From the IMG/VR virus record IMGVR_UViG_2711768004_000006: a stretch of DNA of 43,743 nt; one strand, 5' to 3'. Below are positions 1 to 8,859 of the stretch, one piece after another. A program made the translations under genes and the position numbers. Under the pieces are notes generated by a model. It made no database searches, was not told where the DNA came from, and saw nothing but the letters and a program-made list of their open reading frames with translations. This DNA comes from a virus. Its lineage: Duplodnaviria > Heunggongvirae > Uroviricota > Caudoviricetes. Position 1 is the first letter of the stretch. Every line of letters starts with the position of its first letter.

Positions 1-107
1 CTCTCGTCTGGGGAATATCTCCCCGGCAGCCTTCAGGGAAAAATATCATCAGATGGCTGCTTAAAAAAAGAACAAATGGTAGTGTCCGCTATTGCCAGTA
101 CACCTCA
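1..107 (+). mobile_element. IS66-family element 5' fragment (region upstream of orfA plus first ~10 codons), truncated
   Basis: Bases 1-107 are the exact reverse complement of the window end (~43637-43743), including ATGGTAGTGTCCGCTATTGCCAGTACACC (MVVSAIASTP); identity stops near 108. Confidence 0.7.
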
Positions 108-274
108 CTATTCACAGTTAACTGAAACAGTATCGTTTTTTTACAGCCAATTTTGTTTGTCCTTTTATAATAAAAAAGTGCTGAAGTTCATTTCATGGAA
201 TGAACTTCATAAAAACTCCTACTTATTTCTTTTAACAAAGCCATTTGTCCATCGGCTTTAACTGAATGTCCATC

Positions 275-1981
275 ATGTTACCGATAAATAATAACTTTTC
301 ATTGTCCCAAAATTCTTTTTATAACACTATTTCCGGTACATATGCTGATTACTTTTCAGCATGGGATAAATGGGAAAAACAAGCGCTCCCCGGTGAAAAT
401 CGGAATGAAGCGGTCTCCCTACTTAAAGAATGTCTCATCAATCAGTTCAGTGAGCTTCAACTGAATCGTTTAAATCTGTCCTCGCTACCTGACAACTTAC
501 CACCTCAAATCACTGTTCTGGAAATTACTCAGAATGCCCTAATATCATTACCAGAATTGCCAGCATCGCTGGAATACCTTGACGCCTGTGACAATCACCT
601 GTCAACACTTCCTGAATTACCCGCATCTCTGAAACATCTTGATGTAGATAACAACCAACTAACCATGCTTCCTGAATTGCCTGCATTGCTGGAATATATT
701 AATGCAGATAACAATCAGCTAACCATGCTTCCTGAATTACCTACATCGCTGGAAGTGCTCTCAGTAAGAAATAACCAGCTGACATTTCTCCCTGAGTTAC
801 CTGAATCACTGGAAGCGCTCGATGTAAGTACTAATCTTCTGGAAAGCCTACCAGCCGTACCTGTAAGAAATCATCACTCAGAGGAAACCGAGATATTTTT
901 CCGGTGCCGCGAGAATCGCATCACATACATTCCGGAAAATATACTTAGCCTTGATCCGACCTGCACTATCATCCTCGAAGACAATCCTCTGTCCTCACGG
1001 ATCAGGGAGTCTCTGTCGCAACAAACCGCCCAACCGGACTACCACGGCCCACGGATTTACTTCTCCATGAGTGACGGACAACAGAATACACTCCATCGCC
1101 CCCTGGCTGATGCCGTGACAGCATGGTTCCCGGAAAACAAACAATCTGATGTATCACAGATATGGCATGCTTTTGAACATGAAGAGCACGCCAACACCTT
1201 TTCCGCGTTCCTTGACCGCCTTTCCGATACCGTCTCTGCACGCAATACCTCCGGATTCCGTGAACAGGTCGCTGCATGGCTGGAAAAACTCAGTGCCTCT
1301 GCGGAGCTTCGACAGCAGTCTTTCGCTGTTGCTGCTGATGCCACTGAGAGCTGTGAGGACCGTGTCGCGCTCACATGGAACAATCTCCGGAAAACCCTCC
1401 TGGTCCATCAGGCATCAGAAGGCCTTTTCGATAATGATACCGGCGCTCTGCTCTCCCTGGGCAGGGAAATGTTCCGCCTCGAAATTCTGGAGGACATTGC
1501 CCGGGATAAAGTCAGAACTCTCCATTTTGTGGATGAGATAGAAGTCTACCTGGCCTTCCAGACCATGCTCGCAGAGAAACTTCAGCTCTCCACTGCCGTG
1601 AAGGAAATGCGTTTCTATGGCGTGTCGGGAGTGACAGCAAATGACCTCCGCACTGCCGAAGCCATGGTCAGAAGCCGTGAAGAGAATGAATTTACGGACT
1701 GGTTCTCCCTCTGGGGACCATGGCATGCTGTACTGAAGCGTACGGAAGCTGACCGCTGGGCGCTGGCAGAAGAGCAGAAATATGAGATGCTGGAGAATGA
1801 GTACCCTCAGAGGGTGGCTGACCGGCTGAAAGCATCAGGTCTGAGCGGTGATGCGGATGCGGAGAGGGAAGCCGGTGCACAGGTGATGCGTGAGACTGAA
1901 CAGCAGATTTACCGTCAGCTGACTGACGAGGTACTGGCCCTGCGATTGTCTGAAAACGGCTCACAACTGCACCATTCATAA
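275..1981 (+). CDS. ipaH: IpaH-family type III effector, E3 ubiquitin ligase (N-terminal LRR + C-terminal NEL domain)
   Basis: N-terminus MLPINNNFSLSQNSFYNTISGTYADYFSAWDKWEKQALPGE, repeated LTxLPELP LRR units, conserved NEL C-terminus with catalytic Cys in ATESCEDR (codon 1352-1354). ORF track starts at 266 (MSIM...); ATG at 275 matches the usual IpaH start. Confidence 0.9.
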   Translation: MLPINNNFSLSQNSFYNTISGTYADYFSAWDKWEKQALPGENRNEAVSLLKECLINQFSELQLNRLNLSSLPDNLPPQITVLEITQNALISLPELPASLEYLDACDNHLSTLPELPASLKHLDVDNNQLTMLPELPALLEYINADNNQLTMLPELPTSLEVLSVRNNQLTFLPELPESLEALDVSTNLLESLPAVPVRNHHSEETEIFFRCRENRITYIPENILSLDPTCTIILEDNPLSSRIRESLSQQTAQPDYHGPRIYFSMSDGQQNTLHRPLADAVTAWFPENKQSDVSQIWHAFEHEEHANTFSAFLDRLSDTVSARNTSGFREQVAAWLEKLSASAELRQQSFAVAADATESCEDRVALTWNNLRKTLLVHQASEGLFDNDTGALLSLGREMFRLEILEDIARDKVRTLHFVDEIEVYLAFQTMLAEKLQLSTAVKEMRFYGVSGVTANDLRTAEAMVRSREENEFTDWFSLWGPWHAVLKRTEADRWALAEEQKYEMLENEYPQRVADRLKASGLSGDADAEREAGAQVMRETEQQIYRQLTDEVLALRLSENGSQLHHS

Positions 1982-2000
1982 TCACATCGCATAAACCACA

Positions 2001-2044
2001 GACCGGACTGACTCCGGAAAAACAGAGGCCCGCCCCCGGGCCTC
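2001..2044. terminator. Two GC-rich hairpins between convergent ipaH and tail-fiber assembly genes
   Basis: CCGGA-ctgac-TCCGG (2001-2016) and GAGGCCCG-cccc-CGGGCCTC (2025-2044); no strong T-run follows. Confidence 0.3.
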
Positions 2045-2160
2045 CCCGGATTCATCCGTTTCCCTGTTCAGCCTGACAGCACGCCCCCGCGGCCGGATGA
2101 CAGACTCCGCTTCGGTAAGCAAAGCGGTCTTCTGTGATTCCGCCAGTTGCGGCTTATTCA

Positions 2161-2784
2161 TTACTCAACGTCAAACGCCCGAATTGAAGCCAAATCATCC
2201 AGACCGCTCAGCTCCTCTTTCATTTCACGCTGACGGCGATAAATCTCATCGTTGCGATCGACCTGCGCCTGCACCATTGCTGCCGCCAGTTCTTCCAGTT
2301 CCGGCATCGACAGTTTCACCTGCTGATTATCGGCATCGCTCCACGCCATATGTGTTTGTGCTGTGACAGATTTTGCCAGCATGACTACCGGGGACAGGCG
2401 GCCCAGTGAGTTGGGGCCAGCATTCCAGATACGACCGTTCCATTCAAACGTGAACGGCTTCGCCTCCTGTTCTGTGCGCCATGCTTCAATTTCCTGACGT
2501 CTGGCCTCTCTGGCCGCTTCCAGCATTTCTGGTGTCACAGTGAATGGGGCTATCTCACCCCATTTGCCACTTTGCAGTTCCTGCCAGATTCGCTGACCCG
2601 TCGGTGCGACATCATCAGCGGTGGCTGTGTAGGGGACTGCCTGGTCCCTGTCGTCAAAAAAAACGTCACAGTCTACTGCGCCACTTTCGGTATAACGGGG
2701 ATTAATGATTTTTTTAATTTCCACGGTGCATTCCTCACGATGTGCGAATAAAAAGCCCGGGCATTGCGCCAGAGACATGAGCAT
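2161..2784 (-). CDS. Putative phage tail fiber assembly protein (remnant prophage)
   Basis: 207-aa ORF directly downstream of and overlapping the fiber-like ORF; C-terminal region resembles tail fiber assembly chaperones; assignment by context. Confidence 0.4.
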   Translation of the reverse strand: MLMSLAQCPGFLFAHREECTVEIKKIINPRYTESGAVDCDVFFDDRDQAVPYTATADDVAPTGQRIWQELQSGKWGEIAPFTVTPEMLEAAREARRQEIEAWRTEQEAKPFTFEWNGRIWNAGPNSLGRLSPVVMLAKSVTAQTHMAWSDADNQQVKLSMPELEELAAAMVQAQVDRNDEIYRRQREMKEELSGLDDLASIRAFDVE

Positions 2785-3763
2785 CCGGCACCCCGGACAG
2801 GGCGCTATATGACCCCGGTAATGAATGCTCTGAACATCCCGTAATGAAAAATTGTGGGGATGCTATATACGTTCCGGTGGGAGTACTGGGCACTGAAATC
2901 CCCACCGGTCCCAGTCGTGAGCCTCTGTATGACTGCCCCCTGACAAGTCTGATGACTTTATCACCGTCAGCTTCTCCCTGGTACGCAGCAATAATCAGCC
3001 CGCCAATGTCAGGGTCTCCCCATCTGTTGCAGACAGAGCTCGCCACGATTCTGTAAATAATATCTTCTGTGGTTATATTTATTTTCACCCAGCCAGTCAG
3101 TCTGGATATGGGCCAGTAGCAGTAGCGGGTGTGATAAATGGGGCCGTTAATGCCGTAAAAAGTAAGGGATTTGGCTCTGTACCTCGGTTCTGTTGTCTCA
3201 GGGCGTGCATCAGTCCACCGGATGCTGAGCACCCCTTCAAACCGTGTGTCGGGTATGATGATGTCGTAGGGGCCAGCAACGGAATATTCACCTGGCAGCG
3301 CATTCCTTACCCAGGCCAGGAAATCACTCTTAGTGTCAAAACGGATAACATCTTCAGGCAGAAAAGCACACCCAAAGCCGAATGCGCCGGGTATCGCCAG
3401 ACGGCCTTTTGTCCGGTCGTAAATGTCGCTCTGTGCTTCCATCGTGGCCGCACTTTTCAGCCCCAGATTATCCCGGGACTTCTGTTGTGCCTTTTCGCCT
3501 GCGGCCCCGGCGCTCTGCTGCGCCTGCGCCACCATTTCCTCAAAGCGTTTGACGACATCCGGTTTCAGGTCGCCCTCATCAGGAGCAATCAGAAAGTCAT
3601 TCAGCGTGCCGGGCTTTGAGTCGTCGTATACAGCAATGTCGCCAACGTTGTACTCGTTGTGCCAGCCCGGTTTCAGATACACACCATATTTTCCAGTCCG
3701 CGCATGGAAACAGTATTCACCATCGTTTCCTGTCATCACATCAGCAACAGTGTGCATCACCAC
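2735..3763 (-). pseudogene. Phage tail fiber / host-specificity protein fragment, 5'-truncated at the IS66 end
   Basis: 342-aa open frame whose upstream end runs straight into the IS66 terminus at 3780 with no native start; followed by an assembly-chaperone-like gene. Confidence 0.3.
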
Positions 3764-3779
3764 TTCCGGGGTGTTTACC

Positions 3780-4335
3780 GTAAGCGTGCAGCAAGAACCG
3801 TATTGACGGGAATGTGTTATTCAGTCGGCAGTGCTACGCGCCAGGGGAGCAGTTCGCCGACCCGGTTTATCGGCCAGTCGGCTATGACGTCAAGGACATA
3901 GCGGAGGTAGCTTTCTGGCTCCACTCCGTTCAGTTTGCACGTCCCGATCAGGCTGTACAGCAGCGCTCCCCGCTCTCCTCCATGATCCGAACCGAAGAAC
4001 AGGTAGTTTTTGCGGCCCAGACTGACCATCCGCAACGCATTTTCAGCGATGTTATTGTCCGCCTCAGCCCAGCCATCATCTGCATAGTACGTCAGCGCCG
4101 GCCACTGGTTCAGGGCATATGCGAACGCTTTCGCCAGTTCTGAGTGTCGCGACAGGGTTTTCATCTTTTCACGCAGCCAGCTTTCCAGGGATTTCAGCAG
4201 CGGTTTCGTTTTCAACTGACGTTCGGCAAGGCGCTGTTTCAGCAGGAAGATGTCGTCAGAAGAGATGTCGTTCATAAGCCCGTATTTTACCGGGCTTATT
4301 CTGTGACAACCAGGATAAAGAGATTTACAGCATGG
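3780..4335 (-). mobile_element. IS66-family element 3' fragment (tnpC C-terminal part plus terminal repeat)
   Basis: Plus strand at 3780 begins GTAAGCGTGCAGC (IS66-type terminus); ORF 3817-4275 encodes the TnpC C-terminus; in-frame stop at 4336-4338 marks the truncation. Confidence 0.7.
3817..4275 (-). pseudogene. tnpC: IS66-family transposase TnpC, C-terminal fragment
   Basis: ...ENALRMVSLGRKNYLFFGSDHGGERGALLYSLIGTCKLNGVEPESYLRYVLDVIADWPINRVGELLPW; only ~150 aa of a ~500-aa protein. Confidence 0.75.
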
Positions 4336-4375
4336 TCAGGGAGGTCAGCAGCCGCTTAGGCTGTCTATAGCGCGG

Positions 4376-4465
4376 CGATTTTTTTGATACCGATTTGCAT
4401 TTCATTTGATACCGCTGAAAAACGCCGATACGCAACTTATTTGATACTAAATCGGCGCTTTTCTT
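4376..4465. repeat. Prophage right-end (attR) transposase-binding repeats
   Basis: TTTGATACCGA at 4383, TTTGATACCGC at 4405 (22 bp later), TTTGATACTAA at 4439; inverted relative to the copies at the left end. Confidence 0.5.
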
Positions 4466-4493
4466 TTGAGTTTTAGAATGAGTTTTTAAGCGT

Positions 4494-5231
4494 TCATTCA
4501 CTCTCTTTCAAACCAGTTTTAACTGTTTGTGGTTTTGGGTAAGGCTGGACTTTGAATAGCTTTGTGTTAAGGCGTTTTCTGGCTCTCTTGTCCAGAAACC
4601 GGATGTAACGAAACTGACGGAATTTATGAACACTGGCTCTGTCGATATTAGCCCGCAGATGTTCACCTCGCTGTCCTCCTCGTTTGATTGCATTCTTGCA
4701 AATCTCGTGATACCACTCGCCATCAAGTTCATAGAATGTTGTTTCATGACTGCCTACATAATCAAAATTGCTTGCCTGGTACACGACACCAAGACAGCCA
4801 CAACGCTCATCTGCAAACGACTGAACCCACTGCACCTGCGGATAAAGTTGTCTGATTAGTTTGAGCGCGTAACTGATTGCCCTTGATTCGGAGTTTCTCG
4901 GCATACAGTCATGCAGCCATAACCGGTTAAGCTCCATATATTCGCGGTTCTGCGTGCCAGTTACGACGCGTGCACCATTGTTTGGATTAAGGGCATAACC
5001 CCATTGCATTACGCCAACCAGCTCCCGTTCTGAAAATATGCCCAGATGAAGGTAGGAATTATTTACGAAACGATGGCTGTAATGTTTATTGACGACGACC
5101 AGCCGGGCCAGCCAGCAACTTATTGTCTCAACCCGTAACTCACGGGAGCCATAACCGACGATATTGTCGTTATAGTGAATAAGTTCAGGCGTGCTGATGA
5201 TACGGGATGTAACTTGCTTTCTGTTCCCCAC
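4494..5231 (-). CDS. mom: Mom-like DNA modification protein (start uncertain, probably non-ATG)
   Basis: Long ORF immediately downstream of and overlapping com, at the prophage right end as in Mu; GTG at 5231-5229 preceded by AGGAA; assigned by synteny only. Confidence 0.5.
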   Translation of the reverse strand: MGNRKQVTSRIISTPELIHYNDNIVGYGSRELRVETISCWLARLVVVNKHYSHRFVNNSYLHLGIFSERELVGVMQWGYALNPNNGARVVTGTQNREYMELNRLWLHDCMPRNSESRAISYALKLIRQLYPQVQWVQSFADERCGCLGVVYQASNFDYVGSHETTFYELDGEWYHEICKNAIKRGGQRGEHLRANIDRASVHKFRQFRYIRFLDKRARKRLNTKLFKVQPYPKPQTVKTGLKESE

Positions 5232-5385
5232 GACAGGATTTCCTTGTGTATGTGGGGTGCTCTGTGGCGCTCTGAGATGTGATTTGATTGAGGGTTTTAC
5301 AGCGCGGACATTTAACTTCCAGATAACTGAAGCTGGCTCGTGCCAGTAGCTTGTTACAATGTCGGCACCGTATGTTTCGATACAT
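5185..5385 (-). CDS. com: Com zinc-finger translational activator of mom
   Basis: [35 protein letters not shown]...EHPT matches the Com CxxC...CxxC zinc-finger pattern; GGAGG 11 nt upstream; overlaps the mom frame. Confidence 0.8.
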   Translation of the reverse strand: MYRNIRCRHCNKLLARASFSYLEVKCPRCKTLNQITSQSATEHPTYTRKSCRGEQKASYIPYHQHA

Positions 5386-5640
5386 GGCCGCATAACCTCC
5401 TGCTTTGTTGTTGATATCTTTATCACTCAATCGATCGACAAAAACGATCGATTTGATTTATTTAATTGATACAACAAATAACACGAAATGTCATTAGCGA
5501 AAATTTATGAGTTTGATCACTAATTTTAAACGGTGCTGTAACGCATAAGTGCTGAATGATTGTACATTTGAATACCGCAAAGCAAACAAATCAACTAATT
5601 TATAGAAGTCAATTGGTTAATTGCCAGCGTAAGAGGCTGC
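5386..5640 (-). promoter_or_regulatory. com-mom upstream regulatory region with clustered GATC (Dam) sites
   Basis: GATC at 5433-5436, 5446-5449 and 5515-5518 upstream of com; AT-rich. Confidence 0.4.
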
Positions 5641-5641
5641 T

Positions 5642-5935
5642 ATGGACAATCATGTAACGACGAGAAATCGAAAAATGATTGAAAATGCGGAAATCTATAA
5701 TGATTATTTTTCCGATTATTCAGATGCCTGCAAATACAGTTCGAGTGCGGGAGAGTTCATATGCTTCAACTTTTTTATTAAATCTTATGTTTTTCCTCCA
5801 CAGCAAGAAGATGGAGGTGTGCCACCTCCTGAAATCACTTTGCACCGTATAGCCTCCGTCTCAATGATGGAGCAACAGGCTAATGAGCTGTATAGCATTC
5901 TGGGAACGATTCTACAAAAGCGTGAATCGGACTAA
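5642..5935 (+). CDS. Hypothetical protein (AT-rich cargo gene divergent from com-mom)
   Basis: 97-aa ORF with AAGAGG RBS 8 nt upstream; hairpin CAAACCGG-12 nt-CCGGTTTG plus T-rich tail at 6066-6093. Confidence 0.4.
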   Translation: MDNHVTTRNRKMIENAEIYNDYFSDYSDACKYSSSAGEFICFNFFIKSYVFPPQQEDGGVPPPEITLHRIASVSMMEQQANELYSILGTILQKRESD

Positions 5936-6102
5936 TGATACCGGTTCATTTGCCTGCCCGGATGGGGAAGCAGGATTGACTGCTCCATAAGCAGCTATAT
6001 TTCTGAATACGAAATACTATCCAGCGATTACATATGGCTGGATAGCGGCAAAGATGTTTTCATTAGTGTCAAACCGGCAGAGGACACCACCGGTTTGTAT
6101 TG

Positions 6103-6357
6103 TTACATCATGGTACTGTCAGTTCCGGGCTGAGCCGGGTCTGGTTGCTCTGGCTGCGCGTCGGTTTTCGGCTCATTATCAGCATCACTGGCCGCAACTG
6201 CTGGCCCAATAAGTTTTGCCAGCACTTCATCAACGTAAGTGTCGATTTGTGCCTCAAAATCCTTGCGGACCTGCGCTTTCAGCAACTTATTTACTTCACC
6301 GGAATACAGTGCCTGTTTTACCAGGTCTTCAGTGACGGTGCCTTTAATTTCTGGCAT
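6103..6357 (-). CDS. Hypothetical acidic protein
   Basis: 84-aa ORF with strong RBS (AAGGAGGatatacATG); Pro/Glu/Asp-rich C-terminus. Confidence 0.5.
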   Translation of the reverse strand: MPEIKGTVTEDLVKQALYSGEVNKLLKAQVRKDFEAQIDTYVDEVLAKLIGPAVAASDADNEPKTDAQPEQPDPAQPGTDSTMM

Positions 6358-6392
6358 GTATATCCTCCTTATGCGGGAATAAAGCCCTGCAA

Positions 6393-6575
6393 TCAGGGCT
6401 GGGTCGGGTCTTTTGGGAGCGGAGTTACCTGCGCTGTTTTACTGAGTTTTTCAGCTGCTGCGTCCTCAATTTTGCGGCGAACATAATTTCTGATGGCCTT
6501 ATAACCACCACTCACCAGATATAACGCACATACTGCCGTGCAGAAATACAATAAAATAAGCTGTAAAAATGTCAT
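6393..6575 (-). CDS. Small single-pass membrane protein (60 aa)
   Basis: MTFLQLILLYFCTAVCALYLVSGGYKAIRNYVRRKIED...; hydrophobic N-terminal helix then basic stretch; GGGAGGG RBS; ATG at 6575 (track start at 6587 is TTG). Confidence 0.5.
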   Translation of the reverse strand: MTFLQLILLYFCTAVCALYLVSGGYKAIRNYVRRKIEDAAAEKLSKTAQVTPLPKDPTQP

Positions 6576-6634
6576 TATCCCTCCCAATTATTGACATGGT
6601 GTTGACACCGGTAATATCTGTTAGGTAAAAAGGT

Positions 6635-6714
6635 GCACTGCATTTTTTGCTTTGGATATAACGATCTTTTTGCCGCCGGTTTCTTGTTTTCCCTTACCGG
6701 CGGCATTTTTTTAT
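6635..6714 (+). ncRNA. Candidate small antisense RNA (promoter plus intrinsic terminator)
   Basis: TTGACA at 6591 and 6602 with TAATAT/TAAAAA -10-like hexamers; terminator GCCGCCGGT-15 nt-ACCGGCGGC followed by ATTTTTTTAT (6672-6714); no credible ORF. Confidence 0.3.
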
Positions 6715-6719
6715 CCTGC

Positions 6720-8774
6720 TTACGCGTTATTCACTTCCACCACGATACTGTCAATCAGTACCGGGTAAGTCGCATTTTTAGTGATATCGGTCACGCGCAA
6801 CTTGTCTGCCGTAAACGTGCCGACCGGAGACTGCGACAGCATGAATGGTGTCCCGTCCTTACCATCAATGACCGGCGTCACCTCAATACTGTTGTTACCG
6901 GCAAAACGGAAGCCCAGCGTATGCCATTCGTTATTAAATGCGCCGAATGACCCCAGCTTCGTGTTCTGCGCCGTGTTTCCTTTGTGATACATCACGTTAA
7001 GGTCTGTGGCATCGCTCTGTACGTAGAACGATGCCAGCAGGTTATGACCGGCATTTCCTTCCAGAGTAACCCCTTGCGGCAGGGCAGAAACCGGCCAGTA
7101 CAGCGCCAGTGCGTACTGATTAGCCGTAAGCGCGCCATCGAGTTTAAAACGACAACTGACAAGACCACCTTTACCCAGCAGGTCCGCACCATTACCAGCA
7201 TCATGCTCAAGGTACCAGGGGGCTCTTCCTGTTTCCTTGGTCAGTTTCATTGCCTTACCCCCGCTGGCTCCGGCATCATCCACGATTTGAGCCTTGCCAC
7301 CTCCGGCAGCCCAACCCTGTGGTGTCAACCGTCCTTCAGACTCAGATGCCCGGTAAGCAAATAGCGTACTCATCGTCGTGGTGTCTGCGGGTGGCGTGGA
7401 CGGTTTTGATGGTGTATCAGGTGACGGCTTCTCATCCGGTGGTGTCACGGTCTGCCCACGCATCAGTTCAGCCGTGCGCCCTGCATGGAGCATAATAGCT
7501 GAGGCCAGACGGTCTGAAATGACGCCCCTGCGTGCCCATGAGCTGAAATGGCTGTCACGCTGTGTCGAAACAAAACTGCCCTGGGTTCGGGATGCTGCAC
7601 CGTAATACCCGACAGCCACAATATCCGGGTCTTCCGCCGGAGCATTCGTTGGCGTGCTCTGTCCATTCTCATCCGTCAGGAACGGTACAAAGAAAATTTT
7701 CTGTGCTTCCTTGCCTTTGTAGCCACCGTATACTGCCTCATATTTATCGGTGCCAGCGTTTTTCCAGTAATACGTGGTATCACCGCAAATCCACGGCACC
7801 GTGGTGGCATTTCCACTCACGCACTGCGCAGCAAGCGGAGCCAGGTCAGTTCTGAACTGCTGAACCATGGCCGTGAATAAACTATTATGCTGCTGGCTTC
7901 CTGAGGCAAGGTCTGCCTCTCCCTGCATCCAGACCACAGCCAGAAGTTTGTTTTTCGGGTTTTTCGCCAGCGCGACTTTGGTGCGGCTTACCAGGTCCTG
8001 ATACAGAGGTTTACCGGCCCCCCAGCGTGAAGAATCAGCGGAAGCACCGCTGGCCTCACTGAATGAGCCGTCGGCTCCAGTGGTGAATGCTGACCCGCCA
8101 CGACAACAGGGCACCAGAAGTATCCCGGCATTCTGTGGGATATAGGGAAGCAGTTTTTTGGCAATATGCAACCCCTGACCGACAGTCCCGTACTGGCCTT
8201 TTGCCAGATCAGCTTTCGGGTGGTTTATCCCGCTCATATCCTGAACATCATGCAGGCAGTGGTCTGCCGGAATGATGTCGTTGTATGTACACGACGTACC
8301 GTTGGGCGTTACCGTACTGCGGCGTGCCAGTTGCTTAATGCGTGGGTCCGGGCGGTCAAACGAATCCGGTAACGGCAGCCCCTCGCCGTAGGCCATGCCA
8401 TTTGACTGACCCGCGAGAATGACAACAAAGTAATATTCCGGCTCTGAACTGCTGCCATTCGTGCTACCGGAAGGCCCGGCGTTATCCGGTGCATTCCAGT
8501 CGGAGGGCGTGAGCGTTCCGGCCACGTCAGATGTGATTGGAATGATGCCAGTCACGCCTGAACTGGTGATTTCTGCACTGGGATTACCGGATACCGGCAT
8601 TACCCATAATGGCTCTTTCGTGCTGAAGCGGATCACGCAGTCTGCGAAGGTGATCCCCCCTTTATTACCCGAAGGGCGGAAAGGGCTTTCAATAAATGCC
8701 ACCGTGCCACCGGCAACCTTGACTGAAAACTCTCCGGGCATGGCGGAGAGCATTTTCCACTTGGAGTCTGACAT
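6720..8774 (-). CDS. SGNH/SASA-family carbohydrate O-acetylesterase-like protein with C-terminal lectin-like domain (prophage cargo)
   Basis: GQSNG motif (ILAGQSNGMAYG, Ser codon about 8403-8405) and WMQGEAD motif typical of sialate O-acetylesterase-type SGNH hydrolases; Pro/Thr/Ser linker; beta-rich C-terminus. Confidence 0.6.
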   Translation of the reverse strand: MSDSKWKMLSAMPGEFSVKVAGGTVAFIESPFRPSGNKGGITFADCVIRFSTKEPLWVMPVSGNPSAEITSSGVTGIIPITSDVAGTLTPSDWNAPDNAGPSGSTNGSSSEPEYYFVVILAGQSNGMAYGEGLPLPDSFDRPDPRIKQLARRSTVTPNGTSCTYNDIIPADHCLHDVQDMSGINHPKADLAKGQYGTVGQGLHIAKKLLPYIPQNAGILLVPCCRGGSAFTTGADGSFSEASGASADSSRWGAGKPLYQDLVSRTKVALAKNPKNKLLAVVWMQGEADLASGSQQHNSLFTAMVQQFRTDLAPLAAQCVSGNATTVPWICGDTTYYWKNAGTDKYEAVYGGYKGKEAQKIFFVPFLTDENGQSTPTNAPAEDPDIVAVGYYGAASRTQGSFVSTQRDSHFSSWARRGVISDRLASAIMLHAGRTAELMRGQTVTPPDEKPSPDTPSKPSTPPADTTTMSTLFAYRASESEGRLTPQGWAAGGGKAQIVDDAGASGGKAMKLTKETGRAPWYLEHDAGNGADLLGKGGLVSCRFKLDGALTANQYALALYWPVSALPQGVTLEGNAGHNLLASFYVQSDATDLNVMYHKGNTAQNTKLGSFGAFNNEWHTLGFRFAGNNSIEVTPVIDGKDGTPFMLSQSPVGTFTADKLRVTDITKNATYPVLIDSIVVEVNNA

Positions 8775-8859
8775 CGTCTTTTCTGCCTGTTTCTGAATTA
8801 AACAGAGTCAGAATAGCGACCGCTGAAAAATATGTGTTTTGCGGAAATTCAAAAAAGCG

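Noticed and set aside
1002-1985. Minus-strand ORFs inside ipaH (1002-1277, 1057-1383, 1154-1408, 1415-1726, 1692-1985)
   Set aside because: Entirely within and antisense to a well-supported effector gene.
2097-2366. Plus-strand 89-aa ORF after ipaH
   Set aside because: Overlaps the terminator hairpins and the 3' end of the convergent assembly gene; no RBS.
5185-5430. Com starting at the first ATG (81 aa) and mom as the full 310-aa ORF from 5426
   Set aside because: The internal ATG at 5385 has a GGAGG RBS and gives the ~4 residues before the first zinc-finger Cys seen in Com. A mom start at 5426 would lie upstream of com and overlap it almost completely.
6633-6950. Plus-strand 105-aa ORF at 6633-6950
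   Set aside because: Runs through a strong terminator and antisense into the esterase gene; the promoter/terminator pair is better explained as a short non-coding RNA.
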